This document shows positions 1 through 16,117 of a stretch of DNA of 64,000 nt, piece after piece. The translations under genes and the position numbers were made by a program. A model generated the notes under the pieces. That model did no database searches. It was not told the origin of the DNA and worked only from the letters and a program-made list of their open reading frames with translations. The stretch lies in contig CM022679.1 of assembly GCA_012295275.1 (NCBI GenBank), positions 4,030,001 to 4,094,000 of the forward strand, written 5' to 3'. Every line of letters starts with the position of its first letter. Within the stretch, counting starts at the first letter, position 1. The stretch comes from Chrysomallon squamiferum. Taxonomy: Eukaryota > Animalia > Mollusca.

Positions 1-1502
1 AGTAACGTAGATGAGTGTTCTTATCTTCAGTACGGAAGATTCACCGTTAATAGAGGGAGATAATTTAGAGGTTAGCAGTACTTTAATGTCAGAAAAAAAA
101 AAAAAAAATAATAATAATAATAACGGCCACTAACAAATTACAAACAAAATAAAAGTTTCTGTTGAAAAATACTTAACAACGACATCTACTACTTCATCTT
201 CTAATAATAACAGTAATAAGAATACAAATAAGAAGAAGGAGAGGTAGGAGAAGGAGAAATAACAAAGAAAAAGGAAAACAAAAGTACTATAAGATAGTAA
301 TTATTATTGATGTAATTACTGGAAAGATTATTGAATAAGATGAATCATAGAAAAAAATCCATGAAAAACAAAAGATCAAGAAAAAGACAAAGAAGAAAGA
401 AAGAAAGAAGAAAAATAAAAGAAAGGAAAAAAGAGCAGATATATCTATTACTATTGACACTAACTATAATCCTAACCCTAACTCCATTTATTATCGTAAT
501 CCCAGTTGTACATGAAACATAAATCTAGTTCTGTTCTCCTGCGCCTCAGATCATTTTCTGTTACTGAGAAAATAAGACAAAAAGAAAAAAACATATCTGA
601 ATTTATATTATCACAACTTCGCCTTACAGTATCTGTAGACATTGATTATGTATTCACTCGATACAAATCACTCAAAAAAAAAATAAAATAAAATAAAATT
701 AATATAAATAAATTTTTTTTTTTTTTTAAAAAACCCGAAAAACCTATAACATTATACTTCAAACATATAGAACTAAAGTTCATGTGGCAAAGGAGCGTTT
801 ACACGATTCAACATTTAGGAACGATCCAAGTTACTTTGAGTCTGAGATAATAAAATAGTTGAAATAAAGTTATGAATTTTAAAAAATAAAACAAAAGATT
901 TATAATACATGAAACTAATACAAAAAAGATGGACGAACTAATAAAGATGCAGTTAGAAAGAGTTTTATTGCTTGAGTTATATATATTAAGTAGATTTAAG
1001 ATGGGCAACTTTCAAGGTAAAAGAATTTCATTACAAATAATTCTTTGATAGTTAGTCATTGTCTTGAACGGGAAATTAACCAGTGGGAGTATTGTTGAAG
1101 ATTGATCCCATACAGGTTTGAACACGTGAATGAATATGTCTTTAAGCATGTTTATTTTAACCTATTCTCAACTTAATTAGTAAAACAAAATTCAGGATTT
1201 ACTCTTGACTTCTGTTTTCTTTGCTTGTGGAAGATTTCTCTTTTATGTTTTAATAATTAGTGTCAAAATAAGATAACAAAAGATGAAAAAAGCTAAAAAA
1301 AAAAAAAATATTTTTATTGAAAAGAAAGTTTTCAGGCCATTTTTGGATTTGTTTTCAAGGCACTTGCCTTCGGGACAGCGTTGTCTGCTTGTTAACAAAT
1401 TTATAAATAAACCGAAAACAGGGTTTTCCTAATTACAAATGAGTTTTTCATCTTTTTATTATTAAAATGATTAAAAACAACAAGACTCGTATCATGCCCA
1501 GC

Positions 1503-1559
<57 letters not shown>

Positions 1560-4334
1560 AAATAAAATTGAAATAAAAAAATAAAATATTAATTAATTTA
1601 GATGTGATGAGTTATTATTATTTAGTGTTATATATTTCTGTTTTGTCTGTGTGTGTGTGTGTATGTGTGTGTGTAATGTGTGTATGTATGTGTTTGTGTG
1701 AATTTGGCTGTATGTGTGATTGGTATGTATATATGTATTTGCATATGTATGTTTCTGTGGGTGTTTATGTATATGTGTATGTCTGTGTCTGTGTGTGTGG
1801 ATATATTTTCTTCCACTTATCATCAAATATTCTCTTCACGACAATTTGGAAATGAATTAAAACGAACAGTTACGCGAGGAGGACTGAACCTAATACGTAC
1901 CGCGCCTCAGACCAGCAGCTACTTAACATGCACAGACAGATGTACTGACAAAACTAATCTTTTTATCACAACGAAAACAATTGTGAATAACGACAGTTTT
2001 CTATGACTTGGCTAATAATTCAAACAACGAAAGTTTCGTAAATCTAAATTACATTTATATTAAAGTTTCTATCTAAAATACTTCGAAATAAACAACGCTT
2101 TAATAGATGCAGACATAAAATTTTGTAATTACCCGAAATTTTTGCAATTACCAGATTATTTTACTTGGGTATCTTAACTGTTTTATTGCTGCTTCTTTCG
2201 TAAGACCTTTGAAATAAATTGTACTGTAATAGATGTCGATTTTCAGAGAGTGGCTTCTTCAGAGAGAGAGCAAAGCCTTCTAAATTGTGTGGCGTGTCTG
2301 AAATCCTTTATCAGTTCGAAGCTTTTTACAACTGGTTCAGCAGGAGCTTAGTTTTATTAAAATGATTTGTGACCAGATTCCAGTAAAGATTAGGAACAAA
2401 GAGATAAGCTTTGAATATTTTAACGCGTGAATCTCACCTTTGTTTACTTTTTCTCTGTGAATTGTAATAAGAACTTAACCCCCGAACCCCAACTCCGTCA
2501 AAATACCAAAAAAAAAAAAAAAACAAAAAAAAAAAAGACAATGATAATAATTAAAAATTAAAACATAAATCAAAAACAGAAATGCAATGAATAAAACTAC
2601 CGTACAGTACAGTAGAGTACCATACACACAGAAGTACATTTCTGTTTAATATTTCATATTTCGTCTAGAATTACTTGCAACGTATCAAATAATCCCAGTG
2701 TCACAGTAGTTGTTAAAAATCGATTGTTTTACTTGGGCAGATTTAAAATGATTTGTTGTTTAATTATATCATTATTATTATTTTTTTTTTTTTTTGTTGC
2801 TGTTGAAAGTATCGATTTTCTACTAAAATCGGTGGCTAAATGTTTGTGTATGTACACATACATAATACATATATGAATGCACATTTACACAGATCATTGT
2901 ATTGCAACACACAAACGTAGCAAATATTGGCGAGATAAAAACATTTTAACCTTTCCTTTGCGACATATGAAATAGAAAAAAAAAAAAAAAAAAAAAAAAT
3001 CAAAAAAAAAAAAATCAAGACAAAACCAGAAAAAAACAAGAAAATCTATTTATTTTGACATGTAAAGTCAGACACTTTGATTCAGTGTTTATTATAGATA
3101 TTTTGCTGGCACTTCCTGTGTGTTAATTTTGACCTTTCTGTATTTTGCTTAATTCAGATCCAGATTCAGATTTAAACATATCTATATATCTCTGTCCATC
3201 CTATATTTGTCATTTAATATTAACGGCTGCATATTTATTTATTTATTTGTTTGTTTTTTTGTTTGCTTGCTTTTTTTTAAGTTCTAGTGTATATACATAC
3301 AGACAGACAAACATATACATACATATTTTAACAACGCAAAAAAAATTATAAAAAAAATTATAATAATAAATATATAATAATAATTATTCTGAATGCCAGT
3401 TCAGAAATGACCTATGCACCACTTTTCATCATTTTGGTTTCACGTTTCTCACATTTAACTGGTTAAAGACTTATATATTACAATTATCACAACAGCATAT
3501 CACTAAATCTCACTTAAAACGATCCACACACAAATCTGTAGATTTTCTCCTGTATTAGGAAGTTCAGCAAAGTCTTCTCAGTTAGAAATTATTGTCAGAC
3601 GATTGTAGAAGGAAAAGCGTTTAATCTGGTTATGACTGTTGGCCGTCCACCAAATTGTTAACTGAAACCGCCTTGACCGTGTAAGTAATCACAACCCAGG
3701 CGTGAATCCAGGCAAAGTTTAGTGTTTTCTAGAATGATGGCTTCGTTGGTGGTTTTCCCCTTTTTGTGTGTTATGTATATAAATATATATAATTTTTACC
3801 ACAATCATTATAAAGTGACTTTATAAAAAAAAACAATTAAAAAAAGAGAAAAATTTAATCTATAAATATAGCGTCTGTAGATTTTATTTTATAGCCACTT
3901 TTTACATACACAGAAACAAACAGGTAATAAAAAAAAAAAAAAGAAGGAAAAAAAAAAGGCGTGCACTGTAATAGCTAATTTTTTTGTTTGGTAATGACTC
4001 AGTTAATGCAATAGCCATTCTTTTTTTATTTCTGACAGTCACGAGCTAAAACACACTGGAATAATGTTACGCAAAATTCCAGAAAAAAACCCCCATCCAT
4101 TTCAGTCGAAAAGTACAAAATCGACTGTTACTTCTACAAAAAGAACCATTAAGTAACGAAACGAACCATTTAGTGAATAAACGTTGACTTTATGTTTGAA
4201 ATAAAAACTAAAACGTAGAAAGGAATTATTACACAATCGATGCATTTGACGTCTGACGCTGCACGTCTGCCATGTTCCGGAGCCTGCAGTTCCCTGAACG
4301 GACCAAATGTTTTCATTGATTCAATCAGTTTTAC

Positions 4335-5100
<766 letters not shown>

Positions 5101-5659
5101 TCTATGTGTATGTGCCTATGATATATACGTAAGTGTCTTGTGCTGATTATGTATGGAAATTCTTGTGGGGTATTTTTTAAGCTTTCCTGATTAATTTTGT
5201 TTTATTTAATTATTTAAATATATTTTTAAAAAACCCACCCACCTGCACAGAAGAAGAAAAAAAGCAAAAGTCACATAACTAACTGTTTTCTCTGTCTTCC
5301 TTCTTCTTCTGAAAGGTTTCTTTGCCGATTTAATGAGCAGTGTTGTCAAAAAGATGATGTAATTCTTGTCGCTTGTATGGTAATATCCTAACGAAATTTG
5401 ATAAGAAACCTGCTCTTCTATGTCTTCTGTGTCAGTCTGAGTGTACATTCTCCTTAATTAGCTGGAAATGCTTCACAGATGAGTAGTCTTAGAGCTAAAT
5501 GGAAAAGTATAGGATTTGTTGGTTTTTTTGGCTTTTAATGTCAGCTCTATCCATTACTTCATTAAGTTTCATTAAAATCACCGCATTCTCCAGTTTATTT
5601 AGAATTACTGTGTACTAACATGCATAGAAGAGTATAGATATTCATATACGTATTCATTC

Positions 5660-5672
5660 ATGCATACATGCG

Positions 5673-5704
<32 letters not shown>

Positions 5705-5960
5705 TATATAAACTTATATAGAAACATACATACACCCACACACATACATACATACATACCAACACACATATATACATACATACATATATGCATACATACC
5801 AAACATACATATATACATACATACATACATATATACACATACATAAATACATATATACCTAAATACAAATATACAAGCGTACATAGGCTCAAAGGTACGA
5901 ACATATACAAACATACAAAGATACATAGGTACACACACAGATACACGTACACACAAACAC
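5660..5960. repeat. Degenerate (ACAT)n/(AC)n/(AT)n microsatellite
   Basis: Directly visible. Confidence 0.9.
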
Positions 5961-7775
5961 ACGTAATCCTAAAACCACTGCATTTAGAACGATAGACTGC
6001 TATAATGATCTACATCCGCTAATTCATCAAATACAGAGGTATTAAACAGAGTATCAGATTTTCTCTGAAATTAATTCTGCAAAACATTTTCCTAGGGAAA
6101 GAGTTTTAAGATAAATGAATGTCGTGATTTCGTAGTTTTGATTAGCTCGTTAAAATATCAATACAGTCTCTCTGGATAAAGCGTAAACTAAATTTATGGA
6201 CGTTTTAACGACATTTGTTACCATTAAAGTTTATTAAATGAGAAATATGGGCTTGTTGTTTGGGGAATTGTGTTTTAAATAAATGAATACGAAAGAGGAG
6301 AACCACTACATAGCTTACGTTTAGCAGCATGTGACCTGTTACATGCATTTTCCATACAGATATCAAAATACGTGCTGTAACATTAGACGTGTCAGGCCAT
6401 ACCCCAGAATTGTTGCATCATTTTCTGTGTCAACATTAGAAATAATATATTTGCTTAGGCCTTGAAGAGATTGTTTAAGTAGTGTAAATATATGTATATA
6501 TCCTGGATTCAGAAGGTTTAAGAGGGAAACGATCACTCTACAACACTGGATTCATCGAATATCAGCGAAAAAAAAAAAAAAATCCACCAAAAAACCAAAA
6601 CACACCAAAACTCCATCTTTATCAAAATATGCCATCAGTAATGAAATTTAAATCCGCATCTCGAAAAAATTACATTTCGCTTCACGATCTCTTGTTACCT
6701 CTAGAGACTGCAGCACGTTGAAAACATAATTCGATCTCAGTGGACAGCCATTAAGTAAGCTCTGAACGTGCAGAGACTGTGCTAACAGTCCGTTCATAAC
6801 ACGTTTGTATGTGGAACCCAGTGCGTCGTGTCAGGTCTGCTCTATCTGGGCTAAACGAAACAACCTTTGCTGTTCGTGAAACGTTTTCGTTTTTGGAATT
6901 ACTGGTTTAGTCTTTCAAACAGGGGCGAAAATGAACGACCGTTTACGTAGAACAGGTCAGAATGTAATTTAGCGATTTTTTTTTTACTATTTTTTTTTTT
7001 AGCGTAAAGTGACTGCGATTAAGGTGGGAGGAAATTTGATCTTGGTTAACTCTGAGAATGAAAAAAAAAATAATAATAATAAAATAAAATAAAAATAAAA
7101 AAGAACGACAATAACATACATACAAAAACAATGAGTTCATGTGTGTGTGGGCGTTTATATATATTTGTTAAAAAAACGGAAGAATAATAAAATAAAAGAT
7201 AAGAAAAGATTTATGAAATATGTCTTTCAGTATATGTTTTTTTTTCTTACTCTTTGTATAGTACCAGCAAATATTGTAATGAGACAAAAGACACACACAC
7301 ACACAGACAGACAGAGAAAAAGGGTAAAAGACAAAGACATAAAAAATAAAAATAGAATATAGATAAACCGAATGAAAGAAAGAAACAAATAAATAAACAG
7401 GCAGAATGATAGATAGATAGAGGTAATGAATGAGAGAAATACAGGGCCAAACAGAGAGAAGGAGACATACAAACATTTTATTTTTCTATTTCTTCTTCAA
7501 AAGGTCTTCACAGAAACGTAATACCAGCTGAAGGAGAAACTCGCCACTTCTACACATTCTCTAACATGTTCCATTAGTTGCGAGGAATGCTAAAAGTACT
7601 TTCGAATCGGGACAAGCCTGAACATGAACGCGCTAACCCTTGCGATCTATTGTCACTGGTTAAAATCCAATCTGGTGGAATGAAACTAAACGAGTAAGTT
7701 AATAATTAATGGCTGTTAGACATGTTTCTCTCGGAGCCAGTCTCAGAGAAACAGGAAAGATCCTTCTTAACTTTG

Positions 7776-7960
7776 TATATGTATGTATGTGTGTATGTAT
7801 GTATGTATGTATGTATGTATGTATGTATGTATGTATGTATGTATGTATGTATGTATGTATGTATGTATGTATGTATGTATGTATGTATGTATGCATGCAT
7901 GTGTTATGTATATATGCATGTATTTATGTATGTATCTGTGTGTATGTGTGTGTGTATGTA
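7776..7960. repeat. (ATGT)n microsatellite
   Basis: Directly visible. Confidence 0.95.
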
Positions 7961-9831
7961 TGATGTATTATGCATGTACGTATGTTCGTTGTTTCATTTG
8001 TTTTTATATGTCTGTGCATAATGATGTACGTATGATTAAAACTGCACGTGTTCAAAATGTTATCACAGAAAAAAGGGTAAAATGTGGGGTTGTATGTCAG
8101 ACGAGAGAAAAACGTTATTTACGTTATTTGGTTTAATTTACAAAACCACAGGGTTCATTGTTTAACATTCACATTGTTCAATAACTCTTTAATAGCACTG
8201 GCTGGAAAATGTCAGTGATTAGGAAATTCTGACAGGTTCTATATTTTTTTTTATGTTTTATAGTTTTCTGTATATCGATTCTCCTTCTGTTTGTACTTTT
8301 ACCTTATTATGGAAACACTCCTTAACGCATCAGATTATTCAACGAACGGAATAATTATCAAAAAATTTCCTTTTGTTTGTTGCATGTGTGAGGATATCTC
8401 TGTGTGCAACACCTTGTTAATGAGCGTTTTGTAAAAAGTCATTTAAATAGCATGATTTGGGAAGAAGAGAGAAATATTCGTCTTCTGGTTGTTGTCTGAG
8501 CTGTAATCCCAGGAAAGGGAAAACTGGTGTTGCAGGGATTACAAAGACATCTTGTTGTATTACCCACGTTGTCTACGTGTTTGTACCGCTGTCGTGCAGT
8601 CATGCAATCTCGCTCAATGTGTTTATTGAAGATCATTTATTTTAACATTAATAAAACAGGGAAAAGATTAAGGAAGAAGGAGATGAAGAAGTAAAAAAAA
8701 AAAAAGTAAATTAACCTTGTCATGAAGTCCTACACTATTGTCCAATGTGTTTGTTGACACGAAAAACAGATACACGCACTCACGCACACACCATCACGCA
8801 CACACACACACACACATGTATACTAATTTGTTTATTTATTCATTAAGAATAATTGTTTTTACAATCATTAAGAAAGACAAAATTTAGATTCAACATTAAT
8901 AAATTTAGATATAAATAATTGATTAAGTCGAAGAAACGTTTTTGAAAATTACTGATTTACATGCAGCACTGAAAGTATAATCAAAATAAATAGTTTTTCA
9001 CCTTTTGTCATCATGATCATCATCTTTATATTTATTATCATCAAACAGCTTTTCACCATTCATGATATCACCACCACCATCATATTCATCATAACCCACT
9101 TTTCACAACCACCGTTTTACCATCATCATCATCATCATCATCATAACCTCTTTTCACCATATCCATCATCACCACCACCGTCATCATTATCGCTATCATT
9201 GCCTTCATCATTATCAATAACTAATCATTATAATCGACAAGAACATGAAAAACTGAACACAACAAAATGGCCAAAACACTGAGGTTGTATGACCACAAAG
9301 TCAGTGCAAGAATAATTAAGTTAATATAAAATCGAATCAACCATTGCCGTTTTTTTCTTTCTGCTTTAATGAAAAAAGGAAAGAAAAATAAACCAAGAAA
9401 TAACTTCATTTATAATAATTATCCTTGCTCTTTGTTCACTGATTCTAGGCTTTGCCTGTAGGATTCTTTTTGCTTACCAATTAGCAGCGGTTATTTTACC
9501 ATCAAAGGCTGAAAAAGTCTTCAAAATGATAAGTAATTACTTATAGAGGAATAGAAGCCCGTTACAGTGACCATATTAACCAATATAAGTAAGAAATACT
9601 CTATGATCATTCGTTTATATATTGGTATTTCTAGAAATAAAAAAAAAATGTAATTGAGTTTTGACACGCAAGCGTTCATTATGAAAAATCATGCTTCGCA
9701 AAGCTTTTAAAAAAAAAAAAAAATAAAATAAAAATTCGGTAACCCCCCCAACCCCCCCAAACAACAACAACAACTACAACAACAAAACAACAATAATAAA
9801 AAAATAAACAAAAAACAACAACAAAACAAAA

Positions 9832-9888
<57 letters not shown>

Positions 9889-10087
9889 CCAAAAAAACAC
9901 AAAAAACCCAACAAAACCCCCAAAATAACAACAAATAAAAACAATAATATCATACTTTGAAAATAAACTGACAGTTATAAAAGTGAGGATTAAAGAAGAA
10001 GAAGAACTCTAGGAAGGGAGATCTATGCAAACAGGTTCAGTACCAAACAAGAATAATAAGACTGACATATCTTAAAAAGAAGCTGAA

Positions 10088-10167
<80 letters not shown>

Positions 10168-10186
10168 CAACAACAACAACAACAAA
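10088..10186. repeat. (AAT)n(AAC)n microsatellite
   Basis: Directly visible. Confidence 0.95.
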
Positions 10187-11370
10187 AACACCAACAAAAA
10201 TGATAATAACAAAGGAGATCAAACATATTCTTTTCTTGGTAAGGACATATATATACACTGTGTAAATGTATATTAATATAATGAATATTCATACACCAAT
10301 TTCCACACAGAAACACACACACACACACACACATACACACACACACATACACATATACACACATACATAATACATACATACATACATACATACACATATA
10401 CATACATATACACACACATACATATAAACCTACATACATAAACAGATACAATATACAGTGATCTCTCCTATGACTGACTCCGAGACAGACAAGTCTGACA
10501 GATGTTAATTATTAACTTACTCTCTTAGTTTCACTCCACCAGATTGGATTTTAACCATGCACACACATACCTTTACACCACTCTACACATACAGTCACAT
10601 ACATTCATGTCGTCTGTACGCTCGTATATCGAACTAATTCACCTACTCGGAAATGAAACGTATAGGACACCGCCAATAATGGAGGGATTCACAACAGACA
10701 GAGATCTGTCTGTGGTAATGGTAAACTAACATCTTCTTTGAACGTGATTTCCGCCTTCTGTCGCACAAAAAGGATGTCCGAATTCAAAACCGCTGGATTC
10801 GGATTGAGGAATTTCCGCGGGGCACTCATTACCCAAACACTGGAAAGAAGCTTTGGAAAAAAAACACAAAAAAAACCCAGAAGTATTTAAAAGTAACTTT
10901 AGTTTATGTAGTTGTGAAATACCTAGAGGACATACAGAAGAAAATGAATATATTAAATTTTTTAACTTACTCCATTACGTTAATTATATTTGAGTTCTTT
11001 GAAAGCAGGATTGTGTTACATAACTGCTTACAGGCGATTGACAAAAAAGATCTGAAAAGTTACGACAAATTTTAACGTGTTATTTTTTTGATTTGAGAGA
11101 GAGAAAAATAAAGAGTCAATAACGACGACAACAGCAACAGCAACAAAGGCGATAATGATGATTATAGTGATATTAGTAAAGATAATAACGGTTTCTCTCA
11201 AAAGTGGTATTACATTCCAGGTAATCATTAAATCATTAAATCATACAAGAGTAAGAACTCGCTATGCTCGGACATGTAAATCAAGAAAACTGTTTTTAAT
11301 ACTCATGGACTAACTGAAAGAAATAATATATGAAAGTATCTACGTGTTGGTGTGTGTAAATATATATATG

Positions 11371-11596
11371 CCTATCTATCTATCTATCTATCCATCATCC
11401 ATCCATCCATCCATCCATCCATCCATCCATCCGTCTATCCATCCATCCATCCATCCATCCATCCATCCATCCATCCATCCATCCATCTATATCTATCCAT
11501 CCATCCATCCATCTATCCATCCATCTATCCATCCATCTATCCATACATCTACCCATACATTTATCTACTCCATCTATCTATCTATCTGTCTATCTA

Positions 11597-11633
<37 letters not shown>

Positions 11634-11802
11634 CCATACATAGATACTTATTAATCAACTTATCTGTCTGTCTTTCTATCTGTCTGATGTATCTGTCTAT
11701 CTTTCATCCATCCATCCATCCATCCATCCATCTACCATATCTATCCATCCATCTACCACCACCTACACATTTATCTACCACTACCTATCTATCTGTCTAT
11801 CC

Positions 11803-11839
<37 letters not shown>

Positions 11840-11853
11840 CCTACCACTACCTC

Positions 11854-11898
<45 letters not shown>
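11371..11898. repeat. Compound (CCAT)n/(CTAT)n/(TA)n microsatellite
   Basis: Directly visible. Confidence 0.93.
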
Positions 11899-11901
<3 letters not shown>

Positions 11902-11960
11902 ACCACACATCCACAACTACCTATCAATCAGCTTATCTGTCTGTCTTACCATCTGTCTGT

Positions 11961-12232
11961 CCACAACTACCTACCACTACCTCCACAACTACCTACCACT
12001 ACCTCCACAACTACCTACCACTACCTACACAACTACCTACCACTACCTACACAACTACCTACCACTACCTACACAACTACCTACCACTACCTCCACAACT
12101 ACCTACCACTACCTCCACAACTACCTACCACTACCTCCACAACTACCTACCACTACCTACACAACTACCTACCACTACCTACACAACTACCTACCACTAC
12201 CTACACAACTACCTACCACTACCTACACAACC
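11961..12232. repeat. 22-bp minisatellite, 12 full copies
   Basis: The unit (C/A)CACAACTACCTACCACTACCT repeats exactly from 11961 to 12224, followed by a partial unit. A separate near-perfect 36-37-bp duplication follows at about 12243-12314. Confidence 0.95.
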
Positions 12233-12772
12233 GCCCTAGCCACCTACATACATAGTACATATACAAATAAAGTTCAAACCTACATACATAGTACATACAC
12301 AAATAAAGTTCAGACAGACATAAAACGGTTAATTCCAACTACAGACAAGCATACTAATTGCTGCTCATAACAACATAACAGTTTTATTTCTTGTCTAACG
12401 CACGTCAGTAAAACACAGACATAAACCATTCATCATGTCCCAGCATCAACTTTTTATCTGACATTGATCTGACACTAGAGTCCAGCCTGTGTTTTTTTTC
12501 CGATGATGACTTGTGTTAGATCCTCGCATAATTGAACCATTTCACCGTACACTCTCATTCCTTTCCAGTTTATCGACAACGTCAGTCCTGGTGTAAATAA
12601 CGTGATCAGCGACGACTTCAGAAAGATAAGGGAGGTTCTGCTGGCAGCTTTGTTGAACGTTAGTTATAATAAATTACATTTTGTCATATATTTTTGTTTA
12701 TGAGTGTTTCGAAATTTGTAATTAGTAGTGTTATATTCTTTGTAAAGAAATCGTTATTTCCCCTAATAATGG

Positions 12773-12775
<3 letters not shown>

Positions 12776-12844
<69 letters not shown>

Positions 12845-12861
12845 TGATGATGATGATGATG

Positions 12862-12916
<55 letters not shown>

Positions 12917-12968
12917 TAATAATAATAATAATAATAATAATGATAATAATAATAATAATTAATAATAA
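12776..12968. repeat. (AAT)n/(GAT)n microsatellite
   Basis: Directly visible. Confidence 0.95.
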
Positions 12969-15901
12969 ATTAAGTAAAAAAAGATAAAATCTTCAGACAG
13001 TCTCTTTAAGCCACACTTTGTCATGCTGGAAAGAGGCAAATCAAATCTCAGTACAGATCAGTGAATGTTGTGCTGAGAGAATAGGAATCCTTTAGACCAC
13101 CTCAGATGCTCAAAGGTTCCTGGAAAATGTCTGGCTCGTAATACGTCTAGAATTCAGTCCCCTGGTTGCTCTCCTGCACGGCGAAATACAAAAGAACGAA
13201 AACAAACGATCTGACGTTTGAGCGTCGCTGGTAAAAAAGAGCAATCCGCTACGACAGGGAGAATAACGTGATTTACAAAATGGTCGCTGCGATGATTTTT
13301 TTATGTCTTCAGTCGCAGAAGGAGGCGAAAACGAAATGATTTGCTGTTTTCTTTTTTCGATCGTTCTTTGCTTATCGCGAGATTAATGCAGTACATCCTG
13401 ACCAGGCCGTCTGTGTGTAAATAAAGAAAAATCATTTCGATTTTTTAAAGCTTCGCTAAGCAATTCCTATACGTCGTGTAATGTAATAATCCAGTTCAGA
13501 TTTCATCGCTGCAGTTCCTTTGATGTTCCTTTTTTTGTTTTTTACAAAAAAGAGATTTGCTGGGATATGTTTTGACTTATGTAGCAAACATTAATACGCT
13601 GGAAAACAGGAAGATGTTCAAAATAATAATGCTGAGGTAGACGGGTTTTTTTTTTTTATATATAAGCAAACATCAATTTTTATAATGTTGTTAACGCAAC
13701 TCGTGTATTTTGTTTATGTTATTATTAATATGTTTAGACGAAGAGAGGAAGCGACAGAAAAAGAAAGAGAATCAGAGAGACAAAGATATATATATATATC
13801 GTATGGCATTAATATTATAATAATGCAGACAAGATATTTTATTTTATTTTGTTTAGGTATTGGCATATAAGAAAATACCGAGATTTGAAATTAATCACAT
13901 GTAATTCTCTAGCGAAACTAATGAGTATTTCGGTTTCTGAAAACAAATATGAGTACTTAGAATATAAATCTTATGTAATATAATATCCTTAATACCGTCT
14001 GAGTAAATATTATAACCAACATTATTTTCTTTGTTACGTGTGTGCATCAATATATTTCTAGGCAGGAATATTAATCAATGAACCCCTTTGATTTATGTAA
14101 ATAATGCAAGATAGTAAAGTTTAGTAAATGTCCAGAACTTAATACCTTAACGAAATAACAGAGTCTACGTTTACTTTTCATATAAATATCAATATATAGG
14201 ATGACTGCTGCGTTCTTCTCTTGTCACACATAATACTTTACTAGAGAAAGGGGATGCTATGTTATTTCACGTATGAATTTCAATACGCTTTAACATCAGT
14301 AAATTTCGATAACTTAACAATGATAATGTCCTTACCGTATTTCAAAACTAATGCTGTATAAATGATAATGCATTTGATTCTGTGTAGAGAAGTATCAGTC
14401 GCTTAAAGTTCGGAAATGATTTTAATAATATTATTGTGAATCACTGGGACATAATTGTAGCAGAAAACGTATGTTGCATAAAAGAAAGATCTAGACTATA
14501 TGTATAGACAAACTACTCAAAGCCAAATAGTGTTAGGCCTGTGTAAAAGGTTCGGTTTGGAGGGTGTTCGGTTTAACGAGTTCTACACTTAGACACTTGG
14601 TAAATCCTAATTCTCCAGAGCACGTAAACATTGTTGTGAATAACCTGATACTCAGTGCACAATAAATCTCGTCTTCTTCGTTAAGTTTGAGATTTACCTA
14701 CACTCACTGGTCGTTCTATAAATATTTGCGTCACCCACACAATTTGAAGTTTGACTTGTTTGGCACAAACATCATTAGTGAAAAAAAAAAAAAAAACACG
14801 AAACGTCTAAATAACAGACAGCAGGGACAGAGGTCTTTCGTCTCCTCAATTAAAACTTTAAAAAAAAGCTAAATCCGAGGTTAGAGCTCATTATGTACCA
14901 ATCCTGAGGGTATTGGCCTAACAGTAAATTCCTCGAGGTTTACTTTTTTTTTTCTACCGCCCCGCAGGAAAACTCGTACAAGCGAGTCTGATATACAAGT
15001 CTGGGAGCTCGAGTTAAAATGGAAAAATAGCCCAAAGGGCGCACTCATAGGGATTGATCCTTCATATATTTTTTTATGTTTGATGTCCTGTCAGTTATTT
15101 CAAATACTTTCCAGAAAGGTTTTTATTGTTTACAGAAAAAAAAACAAAAAAACAAAAAAAAAAGTAAAAAACAAAAAATCTAAAACACGAAGAACAAAAA
15201 CAACAGAAAGAACAACAAATAAAATACGAACAAGAAAAACAAAAACAAAAACAAAACAAAAAACAATAACAACAAAACTTACAGAACAAAATAACAATAC
15301 AAATATACATCTGAATGTGCATCATTTAAATAAAAATAAAATAAAATAAAATAAAATAAAATAAACTAAAAATAAACACATACGTACGCACGCACGCACG
15401 CACGTACACACATAAACATATTTTGTTTTGGCCTTACGAAGCCACAAAAGATGAGGAAGAAAGCGCAGATGTTGTATTGATTCTACGTGACATTTCGCAG
15501 TAAGTACCTCGTCTTTCTCAAAGTCATTTCAGGATTTCATATAAAGTAGATTTCTTCTCAGAAACATTAAAACAAAAAATTAATAAAAATAAAAACCAGA
15601 CAAGATATAAACATACAACTGCTAGAAAGGCACTAGAACAAAGATCGCATAACTATAAACAATATATATAAATATAAATAATAGGTGTGTGTGCCTGCGT
15701 GTATGTGTGTGTGTGTGTGTGCGCACACGTATTTAAGAATAACAAATCAAACGCGGTAATATTGTAATAAATCTTAATAAAAATAAATGCAAAATAATAA
15801 TACTACTACTAATAATAATAATAATAATAATAAAATATAATAGTGATAGGGGAAAACAAATTGGACAGAAAGAAAGTCGGAAGGACGGTTGATTAAAATA
15901 A

Positions 15902-15936
15902 TTCAGTGGGTGTAAAACATTCTTACACCCACTGAA
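15902..15936. repeat. Perfect 14-bp inverted repeat with 7-nt loop
   Basis: TTCAGTGGGTGTAA-aacattc-TTACACCCACTGAA. Confidence 0.85.
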
Positions 15937-16052
15937 ACTTCAATGCATCTCATGAGTAAATTCCCTTTATTGTCTGCGAAGCCGGTGTCTGTGTTACAGT
16001 GCTATAAATAAAACAGACATTATTAGAAGTCATCTTAATTAATTAATTAATA

Positions 16053-16117
<65 letters not shown>

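Noticed and set aside
1504-1557. Long poly-A run as a possible retroposon tail
   Set aside because: No recognisable SINE/LINE body or target-site duplication, and long A runs are common throughout the window.
6285-6410. Fragments reminiscent of degenerate interspersed repeats or MITE ends (also about 14535-14590, 16430-16480, 25518-25620 and 50335-50566)
   Set aside because: Too decayed to define termini or target-site duplications without a repeat-library search.
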